From Burkholderiales bacterium (GTDB lineage: Bacteria; Pseudomonadota; Gammaproteobacteria; Burkholderiales; SG8-41): DNA of 64,000 bases. Location of the stretch: NCBI GenBank assembly GCA_030684405.1, contig JAUXYA010000029.1:19147-83146 (forward strand). Direction: 5' to 3'. The translations under genes and the position numbers were made by a program. The notes below the pieces were generated by a model that did not search any database, was not told the DNA's origin, and worked only from the letters and a program-made list of their open reading frames with translations. Positions 1 to 9,307 of this stretch are shown one piece after another; the stretch's first letter is position 1; each line of letters opens with the position of its first letter.

Positions 1-609
1 GTAGCCGTTGCGCACATTGTTCTCGCGGTTGGCGCCGACGGGGATGTCGACGGTCAGTACCAGAGTGTCGTAGCCGGCCTTCGCAACGCGTTCCACCAAC
101 TCGGTGATGGCCTGCTCCTCGCCCGGCAGGTAGGCCTGGAACCAGGTGTTGCGGGGCGAGGCCTTGCGCACTTTTTCAAGCGCAGTCAGCGATGCGCCGC
201 TGAGTATCATCGGCACGTTACGCGCCGCCGCGGCGCACGCCAGTGCCAGATCGCCGTCAAACGCGGCGAGCGAGGTGCCGCCCATCGGGGCGATGCCGAA
301 GGGCGAGTCATAAACCCGGCCGAAAAGTTCTGTTTTCTGCGAGCGTTGCGAAACGTTGACCAGCATCCGCGGCAGCAGCGCAAGGTCGTCGAAGGCTGAA
401 CGGTTCCAGTTCAGGGTGACGTTGCGTTCAACACCGCCGGATACGTAGCCATAGATCGGCCGCGGAATGTAGCGCCGCGCCGGGGTCTCGAAATCCTCCA
501 GCGCCAGCATCAGCCGCAGCGCGGGGGGCGCCGCGGCGCTGGTCAGTTGCGGAGTTGCGCGGTCGGCGGAGGAGAGGGGGTGTTGGTGCTGGGTCTCGGT
601 GGTCGGCAT
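1..609 (-). CDS. FMN-dependent alpha-hydroxy-acid dehydrogenase (L-lactate dehydrogenase/glycolate oxidase family), N-terminal part; runs off the window edge
   Basis: My own minus-strand translation from ATG (plus cat 607-609) gives ...RYIPRPIYGYVSGGVE...SPFGIAPMGG...NTWFQAYLPG...LVLTVDIPVGANRENNVRNGY. The ORF is missing from the track because it is open at the window edge. An alternative in-frame ATG lies at 508-510. Confidence 0.75.
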   Translation of the reverse strand, partial: MPTTETQHQHPLSSADRATPQLTSAAAPPALRLMLALEDFETPARRYIPRPIYGYVSGGVERNVTLNWNRSAFDDLALLPRMLVNVSQRSQKTELFGRVYDSPFGIAPMGGTSLAAFDGDLALACAAAARNVPMILSGASLTALEKVRKASPRNTWFQAYLPGEEQAITELVERVAKAGYDTLVLTVDIPVGANRENNVRNGY

Positions 610-787
610 GGCATTTCTCGCAGGTCACATGGTGAACCGTCGAGCGTAGATGAAGGCGCTCTGCCGAGTCAATTTGCAATCATCGATTGTGGACTTTTGC
701 CGGATTCCGCGGGATCGCGGAACTGGCGCAAAAGCGACGATCTTTGCGCTGTAAGGGGCCGGGTCCGGCGCGTAAGCGCAGTGCCGG

Positions 788-1045
788 TCAGCGCTTTTCT
801 GCGGTCACGCGCCCCTGGGCATTCACATAGACCCGGTAGCGGTTGCCATTGCTGCAGGTGGCGAGGTGATCGTTGTTGCCTTGGGTGATCACAGAGACGA
901 CCTGTCCACAGGGCAGCCCCAGCAGCGAAATGGTTGCCGTCAGGTCTTTTGCCAGCGGACTCTTGGCATCCGCAGCGATGCCGGGCGCCGCGGCTATGAG
1001 CATTGCCGCACCCAGCAGGGCGCAGCCAAGGTTCAGTGTGTTCAT
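788..1045 (-). CDS. small exported protein of unknown function
   Basis: Internal Met of track ORF 788..1081. The N-terminus MNTLNLGCALLGAAMLIAAAPGIAADA looks like a signal peptide. A GGAGA-like RBS lies upstream. It sits 22 nt downstream of the lipoprotein gene on the same strand. Confidence 0.5.
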   Translation of the reverse strand: MNTLNLGCALLGAAMLIAAAPGIAADAKSPLAKDLTATISLLGLPCGQVVSVITQGNNDHLATCSNGNRYRVYVNAQGRVTAEKR

Positions 1046-1067
1046 TTCGGTCAGGTTCTCCCCTAGC

Positions 1068-1739
1068 TCAGAGTTTTGCAAACTTTACCGGATCCATCAG
1101 TACGACCCAAATCGATTCGCGTGAGGCCATGATGGCATTGGCGAGGGCCGGATCACCATCTTTCAGCAAGCCGTGAACCCTGGCCAGCAGCTGATCATAG
1201 GCTTGGCGAAGCTGGCTCAGTGTCGCATTGCCGGGACCGTCATGATGTGCGCGCACCCGGCTGACGAGGTCGTCGACCTGGTTTTTCAGTGCGATCTTGG
1301 TGAAAATGCCTATGGCATTGGTGTCTTTGAGACGTTGTTCCAAAGTGGCCAGCGCCATCGCAGGCATGGCCTGTGCCGTTGGTGCCGGCGGACTTGCCGC
1401 TTTCTTTTCCTGCGCTTGCGGCGCTATCACCGGTTTCGCCACCGGTTTTTCAGCAGTGGCAGGTACCGGTTTCGCAGCAGGTGCCGGCGGAGTCGGTTTC
1501 TCGGGGATCTCGACGCGTGCCGGTATCGCTGCCGGAACGGGATCTGGCGCCACAACCGCGGGCACGGGTGTTTCTGCCGGTGGCAAGGAGACGACTGCAT
1601 CCGCCACGGTCGCTGGCTGTTGCTCGACAGCGACGGCGGTGTTTTTGGGAGTGGTTTCACTCGACTGCACGCCACATCCCATGGCACACCCCGCCAAGGG
1701 CAGCAGCAGAACTCCGGAAACGAGAAAAGTCAGGGACAT
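1068..1739 (-). CDS. lipoprotein with Ala/Pro-rich linker and conserved helical C-terminal domain
   Basis: Internal Met (plus cat 1737-1739) of track ORF 1068..2093. It has a lipobox (LLLPLAGC) followed by a PAxP-rich low-complexity region. The upstream extension of the ORF overlaps ybcJ antisense. Confidence 0.6.
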   Translation of the reverse strand: MSLTFLVSGVLLLPLAGCAMGCGVQSSETTPKNTAVAVEQQPATVADAVVSLPPAETPVPAVVAPDPVPAAIPARVEIPEKPTPPAPAAKPVPATAEKPVAKPVIAPQAQEKKAASPPAPTAQAMPAMALATLEQRLKDTNAIGIFTKIALKNQVDDLVSRVRAHHDGPGNATLSQLRQAYDQLLARVHGLLKDGDPALANAIMASRESIWVVLMDPVKFAKL

Positions 1740-1865
1740 CAGTGCATTTTCAGTTGTGCGGTAGATTATAGAAACTTTGAACCTGCCGCCGCAGCATGGT
1801 TCCCGGCAGCGCGCTCCAGTATCATGGCCCATCGAACAATCAATCTGTAAAAGAACGATAATCCC

Positions 1866-2087
1866 GTGGAAAACTGCCAGTTCCAGCTCCGATCCGAGCA
1901 TGTGCGGCTTTGCGACCTGCTGAAACTCGTCGGCATCGTCGGCAGCGGCGGTGAGGGCAAGCATCTCGTTGCCGAGGGTGCGGTGACCGTCGATGGCCTG
2001 TCCGAGAGCCGCAAAACTGCGAAAATCCGTGCCGGCCAGAGGGTGGAATGCCGCGGCGTCAGGATCGACGTTCTGGCTGCAGCCTGA
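1866..2087 (+). CDS. ybcJ: S4-domain RNA-binding protein (YbcJ family)
   Basis: The 73-aa product contains ...VRLCDLLKLVGIVGSGGEGKHLVAEGAVTVDG...RKTAKIRAGQRV, which resembles E. coli YbcJ. Confidence 0.75.
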   Translation: MENCQFQLRSEHVRLCDLLKLVGIVGSGGEGKHLVAEGAVTVDGLSESRKTAKIRAGQRVECRGVRIDVLAAA

Positions 2088-2095
2088 GTGCACAC

Positions 2096-2296
2096 GTGGA
2101 ATCGCGCATTTCGGAAATCGAGGCCAAGCTGAGTTTCAGCGAAGACCTGCTCGAGGAACTCAACCGCACCGTCGCCCGGCAGCAGCAGGAAATCGCCGAG
2201 CTGCAGCGCCAGCTGCGCGACCTGCGTCTGCAACTGCAGCGCAGTCTGCCGTCGGAAACAGGCCATGCCAGCCACGAAGTTCCGCCGCACTACTGA
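2096..2296 (+). CDS. slyX: SlyX family protein
   Basis: Coiled-coil sequence ESRISEIEAKLSFSEDLLEELNRTVARQQQEIAELQRQL. The GTG at 2096 is in frame with track ORF 2048..2296 and avoids overlap with ybcJ. Confidence 0.7.
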   Translation: MESRISEIEAKLSFSEDLLEELNRTVARQQQEIAELQRQLRDLRLQLQRSLPSETGHASHEVPPHY

Positions 2297-2309
2297 GCCA
2301 TCCTCTCAC

Positions 2310-3530
2310 ATGAACCCCGAAATCCGTGATTTCCCGCTGCCGTCAGCTGAAGCGCAAGTGCTGGGCTTCGCGCCTGATCGCCTGCCGCGAATTACTGCTG
2401 CGCTGAAGGCGGAGGTCGAGCGCAATACACTCCCGGGAGCCGTGCTGATGATTGCGCGGAAAGGGCGGCTCGGATACTGTGAGACTTTCGGGCACCTCGA
2501 TCCGCAGTCGCGCGCGGCGATGCCGGTGAATGCAATGTTCAGCATTGCCTCAATGACCAAGCCGCTGGTGACGGTTGGCGCGCTGATGCTATGCGAAGAG
2601 GGACGCATGGCGATCAACCACCCGGTTCGCCATTACCTGCCGCAGCTTGCGGACATGCGCGCCAATCCGCCGCTGTGTGAAGGCGCCCCCGGAGCACCGA
2701 CCGAAGCGCTTCGGCGCGAAATGACCATCGAGGATCTGATGCGTCACACCGCCGGCCTCAGCTACGGCCGGGGTGAAAAGGCTATTTATGCGCGTTATCC
2801 CTTCTCCTCGGACCTGGCTTCGAAGCAGTGGACCGGCCCGGAATTCCTGGCGCAGCTTGCAGCCCTGCCCTTGCACTACCAGCCGGGATCGATGTGGGAA
2901 TACAGCCTGGGCATCGATGTGCTGGGGTTGGCGATCGAGGCCGTCACTGGGCAGTCGTTGTCAAGATATCTGGAGGAACGCCTGTTCGCTCCGCTTTGCA
3001 TGCACGACACCGCATTCACGGTGCCACCGGCCAAGGTGCCGCGTTATGCGAAGGCGCTGTCGCGGGATCCGGTGAGCGGCGAGCCGCAAACCCTGCGCGA
3101 TGGCACCACACCGCACAAGTTCGATTGCGGTGGCGGCTGTGCGGTGTCTACCGCGGCCGATTACCTGCGGTTCGCGCAAATGCTGCTCAATGGCGGCAGC
3201 CTCGACGGTGTGCGCGTGTTGTCTCGAAAGACCGTCGAATACATGACCAGCGACCATCTCGGACCCGAGGTCGATCTGTCAATGCTCAATGATTACCCCA
3301 ACATCCGTGGCTATGGTTTCGGTCTCGGTGTCGCGGTACGTCGCAGCGCCGGCCGCGGCGGCATGCCGGGCAGTCCCGGCGAGTTCCACTGGGCAGGCTC
3401 CACGGGCACCTACTTCTGGGTAGATCCGGCCGAAGAACTGGTGACGATATTCATGGCGCACGCGCCGGGAGCCATCCGCTATTACCATCGCCAGCTGCTG
3501 CATGCCCTGGTTCTGCAGGCCCTCGAATAG
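2310..3530 (+). CDS. serine hydrolase, beta-lactamase/esterase (class C-like) family
   Basis: S-x-x-K motif (SIASMTKPL). Length and overall pattern fit the beta-lactamase-fold esterases. The internal Met MNPEIRD at 2310 lies just after the slyX stop. Confidence 0.8.
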   Translation: MNPEIRDFPLPSAEAQVLGFAPDRLPRITAALKAEVERNTLPGAVLMIARKGRLGYCETFGHLDPQSRAAMPVNAMFSIASMTKPLVTVGALMLCEEGRMAINHPVRHYLPQLADMRANPPLCEGAPGAPTEALRREMTIEDLMRHTAGLSYGRGEKAIYARYPFSSDLASKQWTGPEFLAQLAALPLHYQPGSMWEYSLGIDVLGLAIEAVTGQSLSRYLEERLFAPLCMHDTAFTVPPAKVPRYAKALSRDPVSGEPQTLRDGTTPHKFDCGGGCAVSTAADYLRFAQMLLNGGSLDGVRVLSRKTVEYMTSDHLGPEVDLSMLNDYPNIRGYGFGLGVAVRRSAGRGGMPGSPGEFHWAGSTGTYFWVDPAEELVTIFMAHAPGAIRYYHRQLLHALVLQALE

Positions 3531-3616
3531 CCGCGGTGTGCGTGAGTCCCGGGCGCCGCTCGCGTCCTCCCCCTAAGCTGTTGTTTTCTTTGAAGGATGC
3601 CTCGGAAAATGCGATA

Positions 3617-3967
3617 ATGCCGACCATGAACGACTCACAACCTCCGCAGAATCTTCCCGTTTCCCCCAGAGTGCGCATGCAGGAATTGCTGGCCATTCCG
3701 GATCGCAATCGCACCGACGCCGAATGGGACGAACTCAACGAACTCGAAATCGCGCTCGCATCCGGTAATCGTCAGGGTGCGCCGGACCCGCAGAGCCGTT
3801 CCTTGCATCCACGACAGAATGCTGGCGGCGGGCGTATGCAACCCGGCGGGCGCCCCCAAACCCAGAACAACAAGACCCCGGGGGGCGGTGGCAAGAAATT
3901 TCACAAGCGCCCGGGCAAACGTCGAGGTGGTGGTGGTGGCGGCGGCGGACAACCGCCACCGCAGTGA
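3617..3967 (+). CDS. small hypothetical protein with basic Gly-rich tail
   Basis: Internal Met of track ORF 3536..3967. It contains the segment RMQELLAIPDRNRTDAEWDELNELEIAL and is followed by a clear intrinsic terminator. The alternative ATG at 3626 is equally possible. Confidence 0.5.
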   Translation: MPTMNDSQPPQNLPVSPRVRMQELLAIPDRNRTDAEWDELNELEIALASGNRQGAPDPQSRSLHPRQNAGGGRMQPGGRPQTQNNKTPGGGGKKFHKRPGKRRGGGGGGGGQPPPQ

Positions 3968-3988
3968 GCGGAGCTCATTCCTCTGAAG

Positions 3989-4012
3989 GCCGCGCGATCC
4001 GCGCGGCTTTTT
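3989..4012 (+). terminator. rho-independent terminator
   Basis: gccgcgcg-atc-cgcgcggc stem-loop followed by ttttt. Confidence 0.7.
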
Positions 4013-4037
4013 CATATCAGCACATCCGGAGCCTGTC

Positions 4038-4316
4038 ATGGCGATGAAGCCTGCCGAACTGCAGAAATACAACGCGCTTAAGTTGGTCAACAAGATGAAA
4101 ACGGGAGCCTCCCCGGGACGCTTTGGTGCAGGCGTCGGCGTTCCCCCCGACCGCCGCGAGCAGCGGCGGCTCGACCAGGCACGCGGGCTGGTGCCGTTTG
4201 CGGTGAAGCTCGAGGGTGAGCTGGTGCAACGGATCCATGCGCTGGCACGGGAGCGGGAGGTGCCGCTCAATGATCTGGTTGCCGAGCTGCTGCGCGAAGC
4301 GCTCGACGCGAAATAA
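4038..4316 (+). CDS. hypothetical protein with ribbon-helix-helix-like C-terminus
   Basis: 92-aa ORF whose C-terminus EREVPLNDLVAELLREALDAK resembles an RHH/CopG helix. No family assignment is possible by eye. Confidence 0.45.
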   Translation: MAMKPAELQKYNALKLVNKMKTGASPGRFGAGVGVPPDRREQRRLDQARGLVPFAVKLEGELVQRIHALAREREVPLNDLVAELLREALDAK

Positions 4317-4334
4317 TTGTCGTCAGCTCGGCCG

Positions 4335-4748
4335 TCAGTGTGCGCCGTCGGCCGGCAGCTCGGCCAGTTCGATCAGGCAGTTTTCGGTGGCCGATGGATC
4401 GAGGAAGGCGATGCGGCAGCCGGCGTGGCCGATGCGGGGTTTCTCGTCGAGCAGCGGAATGCCCTGCGCCTTCAGTTCGGCCAGCGCCTCGTCGATATTC
4501 TCGACTTCGAAGCAGATGTGGTGGAGGCCCCCCTTGCCCTCGGCGATCAGTTTTGCCTGTTTGCTGTCCGGCGTCAGCCCCGACAGCAGTTCAACCATCG
4601 AATCGCCCACAGGGTAGAGCGCCAGCCGTCGCGTTGTGTTTTCCTCTGTGCCGGAGAGTTTGATGCCGAAACAGCCTTCCCACAGCTTGCGGCTCGCTTC
4701 CACGTCGCGGACGACGATGCCGACATGTTCGATGCGTTTGACTTTCAT
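4335..4748 (-). CDS. mce: methylmalonyl-CoA epimerase (VOC/glyoxalase-fold)
   Basis: IEHVGIVVRDVEAS...MVELL...GGLHHICFEVENIDEALAELKAQGIPLL...RIAFLDP...LIELAE matches the epimerase pattern. Confidence 0.7.
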   Translation of the reverse strand: MKVKRIEHVGIVVRDVEASRKLWEGCFGIKLSGTEENTTRRLALYPVGDSMVELLSGLTPDSKQAKLIAEGKGGLHHICFEVENIDEALAELKAQGIPLLDEKPRIGHAGCRIAFLDPSATENCLIELAELPADGAH

Positions 4749-4864
4749 GGGGTTCCTCCGTTGTGGTATCGCCCGGCATCATGCCCCGCACGGGCCGTGG
4801 ACTCAAGCCCGCGCGGCGGACTGGCTCCGGTGTAACATGGGCGCATCCCAAGCCAGTTGCATAC

Positions 4865-5293
4865 ATGACCGCAAAAAAAAACCCCGGGCCGCAATGGCGC
4901 TCCACAGTCCCGCTATATATCCACCTCGGCTTTATTCTGGATGCGCTCGACGACGGCTGCTCGCAGGTGCGGCTGGTGTTTCAGCCGCACCTCGGCAATA
5001 GCCGCGGCGAGGTCCATGGCGGAACGGTTGCCGCGATCATCGACGCTGCGATGTCGCAGGCGGCGCGTTCGCTGGTGGGCCTGGAGATGGGTGTTGCCAC
5101 CATGACCATGAACCTCAATTACCTCGCTCCGGCAAAAGGCGAGATCATCTGTCGCGGCACGGTGGTCAAGCGCGGCCGCAGCATCATGTTCACCGAAGCC
5201 GAGGTTGTCGGAGAGGACGGCAACACCGCCTGCCGCGCCAGCGCGAGTTATCGTGTTCTGCCGAGGACCGTGTATGAAAAAAAGCCGTCGTAA
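4865..5293 (+). CDS. PaaI-family hotdog-fold thioesterase
   Basis: ...GEVHGGTVAAIIDAAM...MTMNLNYLAPAKGEIICRGTVVKRGRSIMFTEAEV... is typical of the PaaI/YdiI family. The start is the internal ATG at 4865. Confidence 0.75.
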   Translation: MTAKKNPGPQWRSTVPLYIHLGFILDALDDGCSQVRLVFQPHLGNSRGEVHGGTVAAIIDAAMSQAARSLVGLEMGVATMTMNLNYLAPAKGEIICRGTVVKRGRSIMFTEAEVVGEDGNTACRASASYRVLPRTVYEKKPS

Positions 5294-5373
5294 CAGCTAC
5301 GTCGCTTGTCGCACAATCGGCTATCTTGCTTATGCTGCAGTATCCATTGCATTGACCTGACGGAGCCCATGAC

Positions 5374-6369
5374 ATGAACGTCCTGCTGTCCTCTCGCCGC
5401 CTGTTTATGGCGGTTTTTGCCGCCATGATTTCGGGTTTTCTCCCGGTCCAGGCTGCTGAAGATCCCGCGAAATACCCGTCCAAACCGATCCGCTTCATCG
5501 TTCCGTTCCCGCCCGGTGGCGGCAACGACACCATCGCGCGGCTCGTCGGCCAGCAGATGGCCGCGAGCCTCGGCCAGCAGGTACCGATCGACAACCGGCC
5601 GGGCGCCGCGGGTGCGCTCGGCGCCCAGCTTGCAGCGAACTCACCCGCAGACGGCTACACCATATTTCTGGCGGGCGTGGGCAGCCACGGCCTGAATCCG
5701 AACCTGGCCAAGAAGCCACTGTACGATCCGGTCAAGGATTTCGACGCGATCAGCCTGATTGCCTCGGCGCCGTTGCTGGTCGTGGTGCATCCGTCGCTGC
5801 CGGTAAAATCGGTAAAGGAACTCATTGCTCTGGCGAAAGCAAAGCCCGGTGTCATCAATTACGCCTCCAATGGCACTGGCGGTTCATCGCACATGGCCAT
5901 CGAGTTGTTCGACATGATGGCCGGCACCCGGATGACGCATATTCCCTACAAGGGTCTCGCGCCGGCCTTGACCGAGTTGATGGCCGGGGAAGTCCAGGTC
6001 ATGTTTTCGAGCGCAGTGGCCATGCTGCCGCAGATCAAGGCAGGGCGCCTGCGCGCGATCGCAATGACCGGCAACACGCGTTCGCCGGCGATCCCGGACA
6101 TTCCGACCGTGGCGGAAGCCGGGCTCAAGGGCTACGAAACCGGCTCCTGGTACGGTGTCGTCGCGCCCGCCGGCACGCCGAAGTACGCGATCGACAGGCT
6201 GAGCGCGGAGGTCATCCGCATCACCAAGTCACCGCAGGTTAACGACAGGCTAGTCAGCGAGGCCGTGATTCCGGTTGGCAGTACGCCGTCCGAGTTTTCG
6301 GCTTACATCAAGTCCGAGATTGCGCGTTGGGGCAAGGTAATCAAGCAGGCGAAAATCCAGCCGACATGA
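5374..6369 (+). CDS. Bug-family (TctC-like) tripartite tricarboxylate transporter substrate-binding protein
   Basis: Signal peptide followed by YPSKPIRFIVPFPPGGGNDTIARL...DNRPGAAG...ADGYT; about 330 aa. Confidence 0.9.
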   Translation: MNVLLSSRRLFMAVFAAMISGFLPVQAAEDPAKYPSKPIRFIVPFPPGGGNDTIARLVGQQMAASLGQQVPIDNRPGAAGALGAQLAANSPADGYTIFLAGVGSHGLNPNLAKKPLYDPVKDFDAISLIASAPLLVVVHPSLPVKSVKELIALAKAKPGVINYASNGTGGSSHMAIELFDMMAGTRMTHIPYKGLAPALTELMAGEVQVMFSSAVAMLPQIKAGRLRAIAMTGNTRSPAIPDIPTVAEAGLKGYETGSWYGVVAPAGTPKYAIDRLSAEVIRITKSPQVNDRLVSEAVIPVGSTPSEFSAYIKSEIARWGKVIKQAKIQPT

Positions 6370-6394
6370 TTGCCTGGTTCCGCGGGTAGCTCAT

Positions 6395-6423
6395 AAAAAA
6401 CACGGCAACATGCCGTGTTTTTT
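6395..6423. terminator. bidirectional rho-independent terminator between convergent genes
   Basis: aaaaaa-cacggc-aacat-gccgtg-tttttt: a hairpin flanked by an A-run and a T-run. Confidence 0.7.
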
Positions 6424-6435
6424 GGTTTGCGTGAA

Positions 6436-7065
6436 TCAGACTGCGGTCTGGTGTTTCCTGCGTCGTCCCGCCCATCCCAGGATGCCCAGGCCGGCCATCA
6501 TCATGCCGTAGACTTCCGGCTCCGGGATCTGGCTTGCGAAGTTGACGCCGACAACGAAGTCGTCCCAGTCGCCCAGCGTCGCGGAGCCAGCGCTGTCGTT
6601 GTAGCCGAGAACATATCGGTAGGAATTGCTTAGAACTGTCATGTTCTGGCCGATCATGCCTATCGACGTGTTGGGTCCCCACACTCCACCATTGCTGGCG
6701 GACGAATTAGAGGGGCTCACGAGTTCATTGAAGCTGAAGTTGATGGCGCCCACGCTGTTGACCATGGCACTGATGGTGGTGCCGACGGCATTGCTCTCGA
6801 ACAGGCTGGAGCCGCTGGCGGGAAATTGCAGCGAATTGGTGTACCCGGACTCTTGCCCGAGAAAGGTGAAAGTGATGGTCCCGCTATGACTGGTCACCAG
6901 CGTACCCAGATCGACCAGTGTGCCCACAGCCATGTTCGGGAAACCGGCGATATCGAAGATCTCGGTGCGTGCAACCGATGAAGAAGTGAGAAACGAAAGC
7001 TCGGCATTGACGATGCCGGGCAAGGCCAGCATGGCCGCGGCGAGCAGCGTGTGTTTCAGCTTCAT
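6436..7065 (-). CDS. PEP-CTERM sorting-domain exported protein
   Basis: N-terminal signal peptide (MKLKHTLLAAAMLALPGIVNA). The C-terminus IPEPEVYGMMMAGLGILGWAGRRRK has the PEP motif, a TM helix and a basic tail. Confidence 0.8.
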   Translation of the reverse strand: MKLKHTLLAAAMLALPGIVNAELSFLTSSSVARTEIFDIAGFPNMAVGTLVDLGTLVTSHSGTITFTFLGQESGYTNSLQFPASGSSLFESNAVGTTISAMVNSVGAINFSFNELVSPSNSSASNGGVWGPNTSIGMIGQNMTVLSNSYRYVLGYNDSAGSATLGDWDDFVVGVNFASQIPEPEVYGMMMAGLGILGWAGRRRKHQTAV

Positions 7066-7321
7066 GTGGGCTCCCAGAAAAAGGCTTAATTCGGTCTGGC
7101 AGGTTGATTCCCACCATGGGCTTCATGCTCTGCCTCCAGGGTCATGGTCTCTGTACGGAAGTGCACATATACGTAAAAGTATTCGGCCCGGGTTGAGCGG
7201 GGGCCATTTCTTTCCCGCTGTGTGTGCTGACGCACGTCGCGGCTGCCGCCCAGTGGCTAACGTGGCCATTACGATCCCTGCCGTTCCGGCACCGGGCGGG
7301 CTGCAAAAAGGGGATTCTGCA

Positions 7322-7804
7322 ATGGCAAGGCTATACAGCATCCACAACGATGACAGGGAAGCGGGAGACCGCGACGGCAACCCTGATTCCGGCGTGATCA
7401 CGGCGACCGAAAATCGCCAAACTCCACACTCCTCGGAGATTTCAGAGGCCGTCAAAACCACCTTGCGCAAGCTTCTGCAGACCGGGCGTCGCAGCCTGCT
7501 GGGGCGATTGCACGGAATTGTCATGCCTGTCGACCCGTTAACAGGATGGTGCGTCACTGATGACGGAGTTGCAGAGGACGTAGTGGCCGGCGAGGCGACA
7601 ATGATCCGGGTTCTATGTATCAACCGGGAATTGCAGCAGATCGAAGATGCTCTTCGGCGCATCAGTCGGAATGGGTTCGATAATTGCGTCTATTGCCGTG
7701 GCGTCATCGAACGGGCGAGGCTGGAGGGTCGCCCGACGGTCCGCTCCTGTCAGCGTTGCCAGGACAGGCTGAGGCTTCCGGCATTGGCATCCAGCGTGCA
7801 ATGA
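7322..7804 (+). CDS. DksA/TraR-family C4 zinc-finger protein
   Basis: Internal Met MARLYS of track ORF 6920..7804. It carries the CVYC-(17)-CQRC four-Cys finger preceded by a helical region. Confidence 0.6.
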   Translation: MARLYSIHNDDREAGDRDGNPDSGVITATENRQTPHSSEISEAVKTTLRKLLQTGRRSLLGRLHGIVMPVDPLTGWCVTDDGVAEDVVAGEATMIRVLCINRELQQIEDALRRISRNGFDNCVYCRGVIERARLEGRPTVRSCQRCQDRLRLPALASSVQ

Positions 7805-7956
7805 TCGTGTGCCAACCGGGCTGCTAAAATGTCGACTCAGGGTCGATCGCAGGCAACTATTGAGTTTTTCCAAAAACATGACAGCCTCGTCAGAGGCATG
7901 TTTTTTGTCATTATTTATGCAACTCTCGATAAGCGGGCAGGAGGCCGGAAGGTGGC

Positions 7957-8454
7957 ATGCTGAAGCAGATTTTTCTTTGTGTGATGCTGCTTGCATTGTC
8001 CCCGACCGGGTTTGCCGGTCAGGCCTTTACGGAAATTGCCCGGGGCGGACACGGAGCTTTGGACATCGAACCTTATTTCAGGAATCTGCAGCGGCCCGCC
8101 AGCCCCAACCACTGGCTGGCCGCACCCGCCGGATTCCCCGGCAACCCGGACGCGCCTGCCCCCGTGTTTGCAGTGGCGCATTCCGTGCTGCGCGAGGCAT
8201 TCAGGGCGGTGGTGATGCAGACTCCGGGCGCGGCAGTGGGGTCCGAGTCCGCCACCGGCATGCACGTCGTTGTAAGCACCCGGATATTCAGGTTTCGCGA
8301 TGACGTCCACGTGCAGTTCCTGCAGCTGGGACCGCGGCAGTCGACGCTGGCGCTGTACTCGGCTTCGCGTACGGGTTACTGGGACCTCGGCACCAACCGG
8401 CGCCGCGTCGAAGACTGGCTCGCGCGTACCGAGGCTGCGCTGAGGGCGCGTTAA
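7957..8454 (+). CDS. DUF1499-like exported protein
   Basis: Signal peptide followed by ...FRFRDDVHVQF...LALYSASRTGYWDLGTNRRRVEDWL, which resembles DUF1499. Confidence 0.6.
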   Translation: MLKQIFLCVMLLALSPTGFAGQAFTEIARGGHGALDIEPYFRNLQRPASPNHWLAAPAGFPGNPDAPAPVFAVAHSVLREAFRAVVMQTPGAAVGSESATGMHVVVSTRIFRFRDDVHVQFLQLGPRQSTLALYSASRTGYWDLGTNRRRVEDWLARTEAALRAR

Positions 8455-8472
8455 CCGCGGCGCGGCGATGCC

Positions 8473-9093
8473 CTATTTCTTCAGCGGCAGCAAGGGCAGC
8501 GGAGTGCCCGGCGGCACCGGAGTGCGGTCGACATTGAGGCACATCGATACCAGCACATAGAAACCGTTGACCGATATCAGGTCGACCACGCCGCGCTCGC
8601 CGAAACGGGCCACCGCCCGTGCGTACATCTCGTCGCTGATGCCCTGGGTTTCCTGCAATTCCCGGGAAAATTCGTAGACCAGGGCTTCATCCGCATCCAT
8701 TCCCTCCGGCTTCCGGCCTTCGGCGATAGCTTCAGCGATCTCGGGATTGAGCCCGCCTTCGAGCGCCAGCTTGTGGTGGGCAAGCCATTCGTACTGTGAA
8801 GTCCAGTTGCGCGCGGTGACGAGGATCGCCAGCTCATTGAGCTTGCCGGAAAGCGAACTGCGGAAACGGATTTCCTCGCCCAGTTGCTGCACCAGATTGC
8901 CGATACCCGGGCTGCGCAGCCAGACATTGAACGGCCCGCCCAGCGGTCCGGGCTTGGACGCGCCCGAGCTCGCAAGTTTGGCGCGAGGCCCCGACTTGAT
9001 GGCGTCGCTCAGTGCCTTCTGCTCGGGCGTGAGGTTTTCCAGCGGAATCAGTTTGAAACGGCGGCTGTCGGCGATGTTGTTGGTATCACTCAT
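8473..9093 (-). CDS. carboxymuconolactone decarboxylase (CMD) family protein
   Basis: The pattern ...ELAILVTARNWTSQYEWLAHHKLALEGGL...VDLISVNGFYVLVSM is typical of CMD-fold proteins. Confidence 0.75.
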   Translation of the reverse strand: MSDTNNIADSRRFKLIPLENLTPEQKALSDAIKSGPRAKLASSGASKPGPLGGPFNVWLRSPGIGNLVQQLGEEIRFRSSLSGKLNELAILVTARNWTSQYEWLAHHKLALEGGLNPEIAEAIAEGRKPEGMDADEALVYEFSRELQETQGISDEMYARAVARFGERGVVDLISVNGFYVLVSMCLNVDRTPVPPGTPLPLLPLKK

Positions 9094-9307
9094 GATCGAT
9101 CCTGACTGGAAAACCCGAAGTTAACATGGATGCAAAACGATGCATGCAGAACGCTGGTTCGAGGAAGCACTCTGGAGCCGTCACCGGACTTGGATGCGGT
9201 TCACATCAGCACAATGACAATGGGTTGTTGCTGCAAGTCGGACAATCGCTCGGCCCAGGACTTACGTTTCCCGAGGCATACCGTGCATACAGAAGCAGCA
9301 CGAATGC

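Noticed and set aside
1740-2093. 118-codon N-terminal extension of the lipoprotein ORF (track ORF 1068..2093)
   Set aside because: It overlaps ybcJ and slyX on the opposite strand. The internal Met at 1739 starts a proper lipoprotein signal peptide.
3926-3949. (GGT)4(GGC)3GGA triplet run encoding the Gly8 stretch of the small basic protein
   Set aside because: It is in frame and simply encodes poly-Gly. It is short and imperfect, and I see no evidence of instability from a single sequence.
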